This document shows positions 37,809-49,188 of a DNA stretch of 64,000 bases, piece after piece. Within the stretch, counting starts at the first letter, position 1, and the number at the start of each line of letters is the position of its first letter. The stretch spans positions 186,001-250,000 of the forward strand of contig QPMI01000533.1 of NCBI GenBank assembly GCA_004431415.1. Reading direction: 5' to 3'. A model generated the notes under the pieces. It did not search any database. It worked only from the letters and a program-made list of their open reading frames with translations, and was not told the DNA's origin. The DNA comes from Cyanophora paradoxa CCMP329. Taxonomy: Eukaryota; Plantae; Glaucophyta. The translations under genes were made by a program, and so were the position numbers.

Positions 37809-40800
37809 CTAGGTGCGGCGGGCCGTGTAGAGGAAGCGGAGGGCGAGGAAGGCGAGGAGGCGCGTCGCCGCCCCGAACGCGGCGAGCACCGCCAGGTCCT
37901 GCGCGCGCGATCGCAGGGAGCTCGAGGTCAGGTCGTAAGCTTCGAATACCAACGTGGCACGGCAGGGGAAGCTTAAACGCGACGAGGAGGAGCTTAAAAA
38001 TTGGTGCGTCGACGTCAGTACTAGTGTTCAAATATCGCCATCGATAGTCCTATAGCTATAGCTATATATATTTAGCCCCTCCCTCCAATTTAAAGCTTTA
38101 ATTAGAATTATAATAGCGCGGGCGCGCCTTGCCGTACTGGTCGAAGCGGTAGGAGGGCCCGCGGTCCGCGTCCGCGGCGCTCGCCTCGATGTACGCCTCC
38201 ACTGCCGCCAGCGAGTCGGCGTCGAGAAACTCGCGCCGGACCTGCGCGAAATTAAGCGAATTTCAGGTCAGATTCTAAGATCTTATATAATTATAACGCG
38301 CCGCGGCGCGCGCGCGCGCGCCTCTGCATTGAAGAGGGCCTCTCCGACCCAGCGGCCCCAGCAGGCGTTGCCAGCCCCTTCGGGATCCACCCCCAGGCCG
38401 GCGATGAGGGCCGCGGTGGCCGCGAGGAGCGTTGCCCCCTCCCGGTTCACGAGGAGCGACGAGGCGGCGTACCCCACCCCGAACGTCGCGAACTGCGGAT
38501 CAGATCAGATCAGATCGGATCGGATCGGATAAAATCAGAAGGAAGGGCGCCTCGAGCAGGACGACGGCGCCGAGGTAGTCGGCGAAGCGGCCCATGGGGG
38601 CGGCGGTCATAACGAAGACAGCGGTGATCACCAGCGAGCCTGGACCGGAGGCGGCCCGGCCGCGCGCAGGCTCATAATTAGTCGCTCTTATAATTATTCA
38701 AGCGGGCTACGCCTTATAATTGAGAAGAGCTCTAGACTCTCTGAGATAAGAGCCTGAGCTAGCGCTGAAGCCTGCAATTCTAAAGTTTAAATCGCGACTC
38801 ACTCATGGCGATTGTCAGGAGGTCAGCGGCGCAGCGGGCGAGGAAGTAGGCGCCGGAGGAGAGGCCCGAGGCCCCCTCACGCCAGAAGACCGCCCGCTCC
38901 TTGCCTGGGTACCGGTTTAATTTGGGTCAGACTCGTCGGGTTAGATAGATCGAATTAAAAGACGAGGGAAGAGGGGGGTACCGAACGTGCGCTCGGCAGT
39001 GGTGACGGAAACGAGGCCGACGGCCATCGTGAAGAAGCGCGCGAGCTGGGGGGAGGGGCATCAGGGGGGTACAGTGCTGAGGGTGGCGGGTGAAGAGGAG
39101 AGGGGCGTTGCCTGGTCGGAACTGTCGTACTCGGGTATAGTGCAGAAGGGCTGAAGGGGGATCCCGGAAGGGGAGGGGGGGAGGGGGGCGGGGGGTAAGG
39201 GGGCCGCGGAGCACTGGCCGGGGTACCGGCGCGAGCGCGCGCGCCATGAATACGTTCAGGCAGAAGCGTATGTATCGGCTCGGGATTGGGGGTACGTAGA
39301 TCGACTGCGGCTCCAAAGCAATGCCTGCGCGAGCGAGTGGGCGGGGGCGGAAGCGGGGGTACGTGAGCGATCGATATCGCGGGCCGCTGGGGCCGGGGGC
39401 ACCGAGGATGAGTCCAGCAACGGCGGAGGTGGCGAAATCGGTGAGCAAAGTGACGGGGGAGTGCTGAGAGAGGTCAAATTACGATCAGACTTTCTGCTAA
39501 TGAGAATATAATCTCCGGAATTTATAAGATATTGATGTTCGAATTCGAACTCGAGTATCCAGACGTACCTTCATCTGCTCGAGGGCGCGTAGGAAGAAGA
39601 CCGGCAGCTGCCTGAAGAAGCCGGGGGGCGCGCCCTCCGATTCTGGCCATGAATTAGCGACTTCGCCGAAAATTAAACCTAGAGGGAGCTCGAGTGGTCG
39701 CGATCGCGACCGGACCTGGGTCGGGCCGCTCGGCGACGGCCGCGGGTGGCGGCGAATTCGGTGTGGACTTGGAGGCGAGGCGGCGGGCCTCCCAAAGGGC
39801 GGGCAGGTCCACTGCCGCCGGCGCCGCGGCCGCGGCCGTTGGCGCCGCCGCGGCCGGCGCCAGGGGCGACGTGCCCGGTGGCGCCCCCGGGGCCGACAGC
39901 TGCAGGCCCGGGACCGGGCCGGCTATCGATATCCCGAGGTCCGAATTTGAAGCGGGAGCCGAATTCGAATTCGAAGGCGCGGGAAGCTTAAGGGACCCCG
40001 AGAGAAGGTCGACCACGTGGTCCGCTGCGGTCCCGTGCATCAGAAAATAAAAGGTTGGGCTCACATGGTGAGATTAGGCCGCCGTAGATGGTCGGCCGCG
40101 GCAGCCGCACCGGGGTTGACGAGCTTGGGGCAGGGGAGGCCGATGCTCTCGAAGTATGAGACCGCGTCGCGGGGCGGGCCGATGTACGCCAGGCGCCCGC
40201 CTGCGATTTTCAAGCGAAACACAGAGTCAGAAACAGAAGGCGTCCAGTCAGTTGAATTATAAAACTCGCCGTGGCAGGAGGCGGAGGGCCCCAGGAGGGC
40301 GACGCTGTCGAACGCCTCGAAGATCTCGAACCTTCGAATTCCCAGACCCAGATCAGACTCGGATTCAATGAATTATAATTATAATTATGATGATTAGGCG
40401 ACGGAATTCGAATATATAACATAAACGGCCCGTAGGCTATAGCTATCGATTGGGAATAAACACGAACCGCGGCTGGTGGATGACGGTGAGTATGGTGAGG
40501 CCCGAGGCGGCGAGGTCCCTGAACAGCGCGAAGAGGTCCTGCGCCGTCGTGGCGTCCAGCCCGCTTGTCCCCTGCGAGCGCGAAAACGTGAATTCGCCGA
40601 TTCGAACGTTATACTCAACGGAGCAGAGATTCTAGAGCGTAGGGCGTAGGCGGAGCAGCAGGGGGCCCTCGCGATCGCGCGCCTCGTCCACAAAGAGGGC
40701 GTCGCAGCGGGCGACCAGCTCGAGCCCGACCGAGACGCGCTTCCGCTGCCCACCGCTGATGCCCAGGTTCCCCTCCCTGCCGCCCCGCCCCCACCCTTTT

Positions 40801-42442
40801 AATAAATTATATAGCCTTTCTTGCAAGGAAATATTACGCGTGCCGCTCGTCCCCGATGATGCAATGGCGCTGCTCTGAGAGGCCGAGCCGCGAAATGCAC
40901 CACTCGACCTGAGAATTAATGTTAATGGACGGCACCGGAAGCTTAAGATGCCGGTCGCGGATGCAAGGGGTTCCATGGCCAGCTTGCCTGAGCCCGCCGC
41001 TGGTCGTCGCTCCATTCGTGAGGCAGGCGGAGCTTGGCAGCGTACATCAAATTCTGCGAGCCCCCGTCCGTCTGTAAGGAAAAGGGCTTTGACGTTGATC
41101 ATGAGAGGTTCGGGGGTACGCGTGCCTCCATTACGGTGAGGTCGCGGATCATGACGTCATCCTGGGGTACGTATCCGACGCGGCGGGGGTGCTTGGCCAG
41201 GGAGCGCTCGCGCCCGTTGACGAGCAGGCGGCCCGCGGTCGGCTCCAACCGACCCGCGAGGAGGCGGAGGAGAACCGTCTTGCCCGCCCCGCTCGGGCCC
41301 AGCAGGCCATGTACCCCGCCAGCCCCGAATCGGCCTGCGCTCGCCTCATCATGAGCATTTGAAGCTGAAATTAAATTTGAAGTTGCTTGTGCGAAAAATG
41401 TGCACCGTGCAGGCCGGAAAGAATCGGGCGGCCACGCGCCGAGTACCCAAGGTCCTCGAATGCGATGTCGTACCCCCCGCGGCGGCCGGCCGACGGCGAT
41501 TCGTTGTACCCTCCCTCGTCCTGAATCTTGCCAAAGGTGCCGTGGTACCGGAATCGGGCCTCGTAGATACGGAACAGGCGCTGCGCACGTGCACGTGGGG
41601 GCGTCGGATAGAAATGCTTAAACTTCCGCGGGGATCCGGATCCGGATCCGGATCCCGGACCGGAGCGGCGGGAACTTAAAGCTTATGTCATATTGAAGAT
41701 TAGCCAATATAAATGAAATGAAAGGGCCAGCCGCACGTAGAGGACGAAGAGGGCGAGGGCGCCCAGGGCGATCAAGATGACGCCGCCGAAGAAGAAGTAC
41801 CTTCGGGGAGGGCGGGCTAAGTTAATACATATATATATATATAATTTACAAGTAGGGCGCTCGGGAGCGGATGGGCGGGCCTGTGAGACTGAGCCGGGCA
41901 TATGTAGGTCGCTTCGCAGGGGATGGGGCGCGCGTAGCCGCTTCGGCAGTAGTGGCCCGCAGGGCACGGCAGCTCCTGCGTGCCTCCGGGCGGACAGTAG
42001 AAGCCGGGCCTGAAAGCGAAATATTAATGTTGAAGGGGGTGGGGCGTCAGACCTAGCTATAGCTACGTATACGTATATACACAGAGACACTGGGGGGGTA
42101 TACGTAGCAAAAGAGGGCGGGGGCTGGCACGCGCACTGGCAGCGACGCGGGGCGTTGTCCGGGAGGCAGAGGAAGCCCTCGGAGCAAGGAATGCGGTCGA
42201 TTTGCTCGAAACCGCGGCGGTATGTCGTGCAGTCGTACCTGCGCGAGCGTGCGCGCGGGCGGGAGCTCGAGTCAGCGTCAACGTTTTCGAGCTCGGGCGT
42301 TCATGATCAGCATGGACTTCGGAAATTGCAAGTGGCCGCGCGCGGGCATGCACAGCCGGCTCTGATACTCTTTAAAAATTAAGCATAAAAACGCGAACCC
42401 TGGCGGACAGACGTCGGCGGCAGATGTCGAGTTATCGGCCAT
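37809..42442 (-). CDS. ABCG (white/WBC-type) half-transporter with Cys-rich N-terminal region (ABCG24/28-like architecture)
   Basis: Walker A GPSGAGKT, Q-loop GYVPQDD, signature ISGGQRKRVSVG, Walker B LFVDE|GTSGLD, H-loop IHQP, ERAVFWRE, terminal DLAVLAAFGAATRLLAFLALRF, and N-terminal GFYCP..CPAGHYC. Confidence 0.92.
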
Positions 42443-43421
42443 GGCGAAGGCAGCGGCCGCTGGACGCGTACGTACGCGTGTCCGTAGACGCTGGTTGCGC
42501 TAAGCGCGCGCTGAGGAGATCCGATGATCTAGAGCGCTAGCCGCGCCCGGTTCGACGGTCAACGTTGACGTTCAACGGTTGGCGTTCTTCAAGGCTTGCC
42601 TTCTCCGATGGTTTGCCTAATTAAAGGGTCACGCGGCCGGGTGTGCGCTTGCGTGAGCTCGAGCTGGATCGTGCAACGCGTTCGGCGAAGCGAGCCTAAG
42701 GTTGTGCGTATACGTACGTATACCGTAGTACGTGCGGTATTGTCACACAGCTGCAGTGTGCGTGGCGAATTTCGAATCTAAACTTAAAAGATGAAACTGC
42801 GTTTGCAATCGCCCTGGTGCCGACGATGTCTCAGACTCTCAGTGTCTGAGTGCGATCATGGTATCGATATCAATGATGAGGTCGAAATGGAATTATTTGT
42901 CAATTAGCAATGTTTGAGTCGAAGCTTCGAATTCATGATCACGATCAAGGCTTGATCGCGCGCACTAGACTGCCACTATTACTAGTGGCAGACTGAGGCT
43001 CATGATCAGCGGCTGGCAATTCTGGCCATGGCGCCGCCGTGCCGGCACGTGCACGCCCTAGCTACATATACCCCGGTATACCTGTATGCCGCAGCCTATG
43101 CGGCGCTAGAGCTATAGGTAGCTCTACGCCGTAGCTCTACGACTCCACGGTCCTGTGCGGCGGCTGTGCCAAGGCCCTGTGACGGCAGTGTCACGGCACT
43201 GATCATGACGGGCCCGGGGCATGCGCACTGACGGCAGCTGCAGCCTGCAGGGCAGTGCGGGGCACTGCAGTCTGCAGGCTGCGTCGGCAGTGACTCGGCA
43301 CTGACTCGGCAGTACTAGTGAGTCGTAGTAGTGACTCGGCACTGGCACGGTGCCTTCGGGCCTCGGCATTGAGTCGGCAAGTCATTGGCAGCATTGCCAG
43401 TGGTGCAATTGGCAAGGCCGC

Positions 43422-43617
43422 GATGTCGTTAGACGTGGCGTTATTTTTTTCGCATGTCGCCATCTCAGGCATTATCAGCATGCAATGATTTGCTGAAAAC
43501 AGCGAGGTTGATCGTAACTGAGGAAAAAAGAAGGTTTCACGTTGATTTACTTTTGCCTTGACCATGTCGACATCGTTGGAAAACAGGAGAAAAACTAACG
43601 CAACCTCTAACGACATC
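43422..43617. mobile_element. Small MITE-like element
   Basis: GATGTCGTTAGACGTGGCGTTA (43422-43443) matches the reverse complement of 43596-43617 at 20/22 positions. Interior is AT-richer. No TSD recognised. Confidence 0.5.
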
Positions 43618-44063
43618 TATCGGTATCATGATCATGATCTATGATCTATCGTTCTCGACGAGCGGCCCCGCCGGCCCGGGGGCTGGAGCCGCGGCGGAGC
43701 GGGTCGCCGCGTCGAGTCGGCGGACTCCGAGAGCCGCCGAGGCTCGAACCGGCCCCCTGTAGCCTGCAGGCTGCAGCCTGCAGCCCGGCCAGTGTTGTAT
43801 ACGCATGGACCTCACGACCGGGCAATTCCGCTTCGCTCCATTGCCCCCGATTCCATGCGTTTCCAGTGTATACCTCCACCCCATCTTCAGTTAATTCACC
43901 TTGTACGTCTACGAGCCCCTAATTCCCAGGTCTACCAGACTCGGGCCGGAGTCTTAACAAAGAAATATCTAACGACTATTCAGGACAGAGCTGACAACTA
44001 GAATAGGCGAAGAGGAGCGCTGCCCCCCATGCGCGCGGTCTGTAGAGCAACGTAGCAGAATAG

Positions 44064-44244
44064 GCTAGACGATATTAATGTGTGCATTGAGCTAACTGAG
44101 GAAACGCGTTCAGCATTAACTATAGGCGTGAGGGCGAGTACAGAGAAGCTAAACGAGGAAAGAGCGTCAAGGTAAAGCTAGACGAAATAAATGTGTGCAT
44201 CGAGCTAGCTGAGGAAACGCGTTCAGCAAAATCTATAGGCGTGA
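44064..44244. repeat. Two ~68-bp direct repeats in the putative terminal region
   Basis: gctagacga...aatgtgtgcat.gagcta.ctgaggaaacgcgttcagca....ctataggcgtga occurs at 44064-44131 and 44177-44244. Confidence 0.9.
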
Positions 44245-44445
44245 CTTCGGTAAGAAACGGGCCCCTTTTAGCGGTCTGGTGCGGCCTCTGGAGATGTGTC
44301 GATGACTTTACCTTTCTTTTGTTTTAATTGTTTTAATTGTTTTAATTCGGAGGGTCAAGTTCCTAAGAAAACTTTGCGGACGCCGTGACGTGACGCTGTG
44401 ACGTGGCGAGAAAACGGCGAGATACGTGACACACAAAAGAATGGT

Positions 44446-44508
44446 GCTGATAGTGCGCTGATAGTGCGCTGATAGTGCGCTGATAGTGCGCTGATAGTGC
44501 GCTGATAG
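44446..44508. repeat. 11-bp tandem repeat (GCTGATAGTGC) x5.7
   Basis: Read directly. Neighbours are (TTTTAATTG)x3 at ~44322-44348 and 12-bp GCCGGAGACGAA-like units at ~44598-44643. Confidence 0.95.
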
Positions 44509-44762
44509 CTAGCCCGAGAGCGGCCGCCAGGCTTGCACCATTAAGCCGGATACTGAAGACAAGCCAAGCCGGATCCATGCCGGATCCACGCCGGATCCCG
44601 GAGACCGAGCCGGAGACGAAGCCGGAGACGAAGCCGGAGACAAGTCTTGCAGTTAGTTGCATGGCTTAAAGGTTTCTCGCACTCATACTAGCAATCAGAG
44701 ATTGTGCGCGATTAAATCGCAAAAAGTTTTCGGCCAGCCAATATTGTAGAGACCTATTCATA

Positions 44763-47700
44763 ATGGACAGGAACAATCTGAGAGCGGAAATTCGGAGCCT
44801 TGCGCAGGAGCTACACACTCTTAGGTACATTAACGGAACATATTTGAACACACTGTTGCGGCTAGCTGACCCACAGAGGGGAACCCACACACAAAATCTT
44901 CGAGCAAATCTAGCGACATTGCTCAGACTTAGGCAGACGAACCGGCCGCAGCGCCCTTTGTACGAGGCATGGATAACAAGACATTTTGATAGCGAACGCA
45001 ATGCTCGAATTGCAACCACGCGAGAGTTTGATGATATTGTTGAGTATGGGATCTCGAATTTGTTTCGCGAGAGTGGTCGAGGCGATACCGTGTTAAATTA
45101 CGCCCACTATGCATATCCGGGGTTGCTATTTACCAAGGACGTTTTGGATATTGAACCGACTCCAATGCCTGAACGGGTGAAAGAGATCACGATCGTGTTT
45201 CTGATAGAGTTGCGAGTGCCAGAGAGAATTGGATCAAGCGTCCTAATTCGCTTTCATTTCGATAACTTTCGCATGTATCGCACTCAACTTGCAACAATCG
45301 AGGAGGGCACAATGCAGTCGCTGTTGTCAAACCTGGCTGAAAAGATGGAACAATGGATGCTAGCACAGCAGCCATATGAAGACAATGACCTATGGCCAGT
45401 AGTGAAAATAGAGGTGCTAATTGCAGAGAATGCTGCAGGTGCACTGGGAAACGTTCCAAAGCTCCCATTCAATGGCAAAGCCCTGACCATGAATAAGATC
45501 TACTGTCCGATTTCACCAGAGGACAACTGCGTGTTAGAGTGCTTTGAATATGTAAAGCTGAACCCTGGACGAATAAGCCTAGATCGTATTTACAAGCAGC
45601 TTCAGAGATTGGACTATGGAGGAATTAGAACACAGCTAGGACTGCAGCGAGGAATGATATCAGTTGATGTGCCGACAATAAATACGCTGAGCGCTTTTTA
45701 CAGGATAGACACCAGCGTTTTTGAGTTTTCGCAAGGAAAGTTCAAGCCGCTTTTTGCAACCGATCTAGGATTTGAAAAACGTGCTCACCTTTGCATTGTC
45801 GATGCGCACTGCTACCTGATTAAGGATAAAAGAACGACTGAAATGGAGAAGTGCAACGCCTGCGGGAAAATGCAGTTGGAACTGGAAAGGCACAAGGTAA
45901 CCTGTCAGTTTTGTACTAGGTGTCGTTGCGCCTACAATCCAGTTGAAGATCACACAAACAAATGCGTTGCGGCCATCAGAAACAAAGGTGTCATTGGAAG
46001 AAAGATCACCCCTTGCGAGAAGGAGAGTGAATTTACGGCAATGGAGAGCGTGATAGGGGCGGACTTTGAAACATTTCCTTGCGATGGCAAAACCCACGTT
46101 CCTTATGCTGTTGACACAGACATAATTTGCAAGGGCGAAATTGTAGGAACCAAGATGTTCTACGGTCCTGAAACATTAAATCAATTTATGCAATGGCTGG
46201 ATGATTGGGCAGAGAAGACCACAGTAGTATTTTACAACGGTGCGGGTTTTGATCTGATATTCATATACCGATGGCTGATAGAGAATCGGCCAGACAGCCA
46301 GGTGAACGTCATGCGCTCCTCGGGCAAGATTAAGAGTATGAAGTGGAAGACCTCAGCTGGAGGAGAGTTGACAAGTTTTGACCCATGCCTACACATTCAA
46401 GGCTCACTAAAGCAAGCCGGAAAGGACTACGGCTGCACGACAATCAAAGGAGACTTCGACCATCGCAAGATCAAGACGTGGGCAGATGTTGAGACACACA
46501 AGGAGGAATGGGGTGAATATCTTAGAGCCGACGTGCGATCAATGACGGAGCTATACATGAAATATTCGAGAACGTGTTTTGAGCTATTCGGAATTAATGT
46601 GAATTCTAAGCAGACACTTACAGCTTCATCAATGGCATTTCAGATTTACCGGCAGCTAATGAAGACAGAGCTGCACCTTCCGAAGTACAGCGAAGATCAG
46701 GTTTTTCGCAGGGCTATTTACGGAGGTCGCTGTTTACCATTCAAACGCAAGTTTGTCTCGAAAGGGTCTGATGACTATCTGGTAGATCTGGATGTGGTCT
46801 CTCTTTATCCGACCGCAATGTACTTTAACCAGTTTCCGACAGGTAAATTTAAGGTGATCAATGAACCGGAGGCTTTGGAGCGTTTTCGAAAGTTCATGCT
46901 AAGTCGAAAAATGGAGCAACTGTTCATTGCGAGCATAAGTGCGAAAATTCCTCAGGACCTTGTGCTTTCTCCGCTTCCACGCCACGAGTCGAATTTAGGC
47001 TGGTCGAACCTGAAACCGATCGAGCGAGAGATGTATACATCGGTTGATATCTACAGGGCAATAGCACTTGGGGTTGAAATAACAGAGGTGCACGAGGTGT
47101 ATTTATTTGAAGGCAAGGAGCGAATGTTTAAAGATTACATCGAGAAGTTGTACTGTATGAAGGCACGTTCAAGGAAGGGCACAGCTCAGTACGCAACAGC
47201 AAAGATTCAACTAAATGGTCTTTACGGCAAATTTGCCCAGCGGCCAGTGATTGAAGCCACGGAGCTAGTTTCTAATTACCGCCGATTTAAAGAGCTCCAG
47301 CGGACGTCTACGATTACAGACATCGAAATTGAGAGTGAAACACGGATGTATGTGACATACGAAGTACCAGAGAGCAAACGTGATGCTTGTGTGTCAAAGC
47401 CCTGCTTCATTGAAGCATTTATTCTCTCCTACAGTCGCGAGATCATGGACAGGTTCCTAGTAAAGATGAACTCTTACAAAGACATCGAAGCCATGCCGTT
47501 TTACACGGACACCGACTCTCTTGTTGTGCACAGGAAATTTGCAGAGCTTCTCTTAGAATGTATGAAGCAGCCATACTCTTTGGAGGGGATGTCAGAAGAG
47601 GAGGCGAACAGGGCGATATGCGAGAACGAGCTGGGAAAACTAGATTACGACATCCAAGGGCAAATTGTGGAGGCATACTTTGTTGGCCCAAAGGTTTACT

Positions 47701-48089
47701 GCTGTCGTTTTGTGAAGGCGAATGGGGAGTCTGACGTGCATGTGCGTGCGAAAGGAATTCCGAAGAGCTGGATAGAAGAGAACTGGCTTTCGAGTGATCC
47801 GGAGATGAGGAAGGGGCACCTCGAGTCACGGGTCGCTTTGGAAGCGTTCAAGCAGATGCTCGAGAGCCGGTATCAGCCGGAGTGCACAATAGAGTCTAAA
47901 CTAGCTCGAGTCTTCAAACCGAATGGAAAGCAACGCGAGGCAGGGATTGGCTTTAGTTCAATCATCCAGATTCCTTTCAGCAGAGTATTAAATAAGACGG
48001 AATACACAAAGCGAAAGATAATTTCGGATGACTATTACAGCACGGTTCCCCATGAGTACATCAGCCCGAATTCAGGAGGCATACTATGA
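44763..48089 (+). CDS. polB: Protein-primed family B DNA polymerase (pPolB)
   Basis: ExoI ADFET, ExoII YNGAGFD, ExoIII YLRAD, YGGRC, PolA DVVSLYPTAM, PolB KIQLNGLYGKF, PolC YTDTDSL, KVY. 1108 aa, uninterrupted. Confidence 0.97.
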   Translation: MDRNNLRAEIRSLAQELHTLRYINGTYLNTLLRLADPQRGTHTQNLRANLATLLRLRQTNRPQRPLYEAWITRHFDSERNARIATTREFDDIVEYGISNLFRESGRGDTVLNYAHYAYPGLLFTKDVLDIEPTPMPERVKEITIVFLIELRVPERIGSSVLIRFHFDNFRMYRTQLATIEEGTMQSLLSNLAEKMEQWMLAQQPYEDNDLWPVVKIEVLIAENAAGALGNVPKLPFNGKALTMNKIYCPISPEDNCVLECFEYVKLNPGRISLDRIYKQLQRLDYGGIRTQLGLQRGMISVDVPTINTLSAFYRIDTSVFEFSQGKFKPLFATDLGFEKRAHLCIVDAHCYLIKDKRTTEMEKCNACGKMQLELERHKVTCQFCTRCRCAYNPVEDHTNKCVAAIRNKGVIGRKITPCEKESEFTAMESVIGADFETFPCDGKTHVPYAVDTDIICKGEIVGTKMFYGPETLNQFMQWLDDWAEKTTVVFYNGAGFDLIFIYRWLIENRPDSQVNVMRSSGKIKSMKWKTSAGGELTSFDPCLHIQGSLKQAGKDYGCTTIKGDFDHRKIKTWADVETHKEEWGEYLRADVRSMTELYMKYSRTCFELFGINVNSKQTLTASSMAFQIYRQLMKTELHLPKYSEDQVFRRAIYGGRCLPFKRKFVSKGSDDYLVDLDVVSLYPTAMYFNQFPTGKFKVINEPEALERFRKFMLSRKMEQLFIASISAKIPQDLVLSPLPRHESNLGWSNLKPIEREMYTSVDIYRAIALGVEITEVHEVYLFEGKERMFKDYIEKLYCMKARSRKGTAQYATAKIQLNGLYGKFAQRPVIEATELVSNYRRFKELQRTSTITDIEIESETRMYVTYEVPESKRDACVSKPCFIEAFILSYSREIMDRFLVKMNSYKDIEAMPFYTDTDSLVVHRKFAELLLECMKQPYSLEGMSEEEANRAICENELGKLDYDIQGQIVEAYFVGPKVYCCRFVKANGESDVHVRAKGIPKSWIEENWLSSDPEMRKGHLESRVALEAFKQMLESRYQPECTIESKLARVFKPNGKQREAGIGFSSIIQIPFSRVLNKTEYTKRKIISDDYYSTVPHEYISPNSGGIL

Positions 48090-49188
48090 TCCAGAAACAG
48101 GGCTTCAGTCGGCCACACGTATTGCCAAGAAGTTGAAAATACCAGTTGCCAGGGTAAGAGCAGTGCTGGAGAAATTATCGACAGCGCAAAGATTTGCGAG
48201 GCCGCAAAAAGAGAAACCATTCACAAGTATAACATACGACAAAGCAGAGAAATACTACGAGGTGGACCTAATCGACGTGACTCCGTACGCCAGAACAAAC
48301 CGCGGCATTCACTTTATAATGAACGCAGTGGACGTAGTGACTCGGAAAGCCTACAGCATTCCAATGAAGAACAAGAGCGAAGGTACACTCCTTTCAACAC
48401 TACGGAAACTCATAGAGAGTTTTCCAGCCAAGCCGGATATTATTCAGACAGATCAGGAGTTTAAAGCTTCAGCTGCTAGTCTATTAGAAGCTGAGGGAAT
48501 TAAGCACAATGCTGTGGAAGCGCATCGACCCCAAGCAAATGGAAAAGTAGAGCGATTCAATGGAACTTTGAAGCGAATTATTGCACGGTATATGGAGGCA
48601 TATGACACGGATAGGTACATCGACAAGCTGCCCGCATTTGTGCGCAATTATAATTCGTCAGAGCATAGGTCGATTGGTACATCGCCAAACGCTGCAGCAG
48701 AGAATCCGAAGGAGACAATTGCACGCAACGATTATCAGCGAGAGGTCTACGAGCAGCAACACTACCTGAAGGAGGTCGAATTTAAAGTAGGAGACCTAGT
48801 TCGAGTTAAGCTAACCAGGAGAACCTTCGATAAATCGACAAAGCCAACCTTCTCGAAAGAAGTATTTCGAATTGAGTCGATTGGGGGTTTTGGACCCCTT
48901 CTTAGATTTAAACTCGCTGGATTGGATACACCAGTGACCTACCAGCAAATTTTGAAGGTCCCATTAGATTCAGAGGAGCGGCGTGCTGGAGGAGCAGCAC
49001 AGAGAGCAATGCAACGACGAAAGAAGGATCTAAATCTGATGCGAGAGAACTTAGATCGAGCGGACATAGAAAAAAATAAGAAGCTCATTCGCCTTCAAAA
49101 GCAACTTGCGACAGCTGGAACTGTCAAGTTAAATCCTGGTGGAATATTAGAGAGAACAAAGACCAGAAGGGCAGTCAAAGAGCTATAA
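48052..49188 (+). CDS. Retroviral-like (RVE, DDE) integrase, Polinton type
   Basis: YYDP N-terminus, EVDLID / QTDQEF / VERFNGTLK catalytic triad, YNSSEHRSIG and FKVGDLVRV...FSKEVFRI. Overlaps the pPolB stop. Alternative ATG at 48028. Confidence 0.96.
   Translation: MSTSARIQEAYYDPETGLQSATRIAKKLKIPVARVRAVLEKLSTAQRFARPQKEKPFTSITYDKAEKYYEVDLIDVTPYARTNRGIHFIMNAVDVVTRKAYSIPMKNKSEGTLLSTLRKLIESFPAKPDIIQTDQEFKASAASLLEAEGIKHNAVEAHRPQANGKVERFNGTLKRIIARYMEAYDTDRYIDKLPAFVRNYNSSEHRSIGTSPNAAAENPKETIARNDYQREVYEQQHYLKEVEFKVGDLVRVKLTRRTFDKSTKPTFSKEVFRIESIGGFGPLLRFKLAGLDTPVTYQQILKVPLDSEERRAGGAAQRAMQRRKKDLNLMRENLDRADIEKNKKLIRLQKQLATAGTVKLNPGGILERTKTRRAVKEL

Noticed and set aside
415-43900. Hundreds of overlapping Arg/Pro/Gly/Ala-rich ORFs in the ORF track
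   Set aside because: Expected from high GC and stop-codon scarcity. The real genes are spliced, and these ORFs read through introns or lie antisense.
44446-44643. Short tandem repeats as a CRISPR-like array
   Set aside because: Units are 11-12 bp and contiguous, with no unique spacers and no cas genes.
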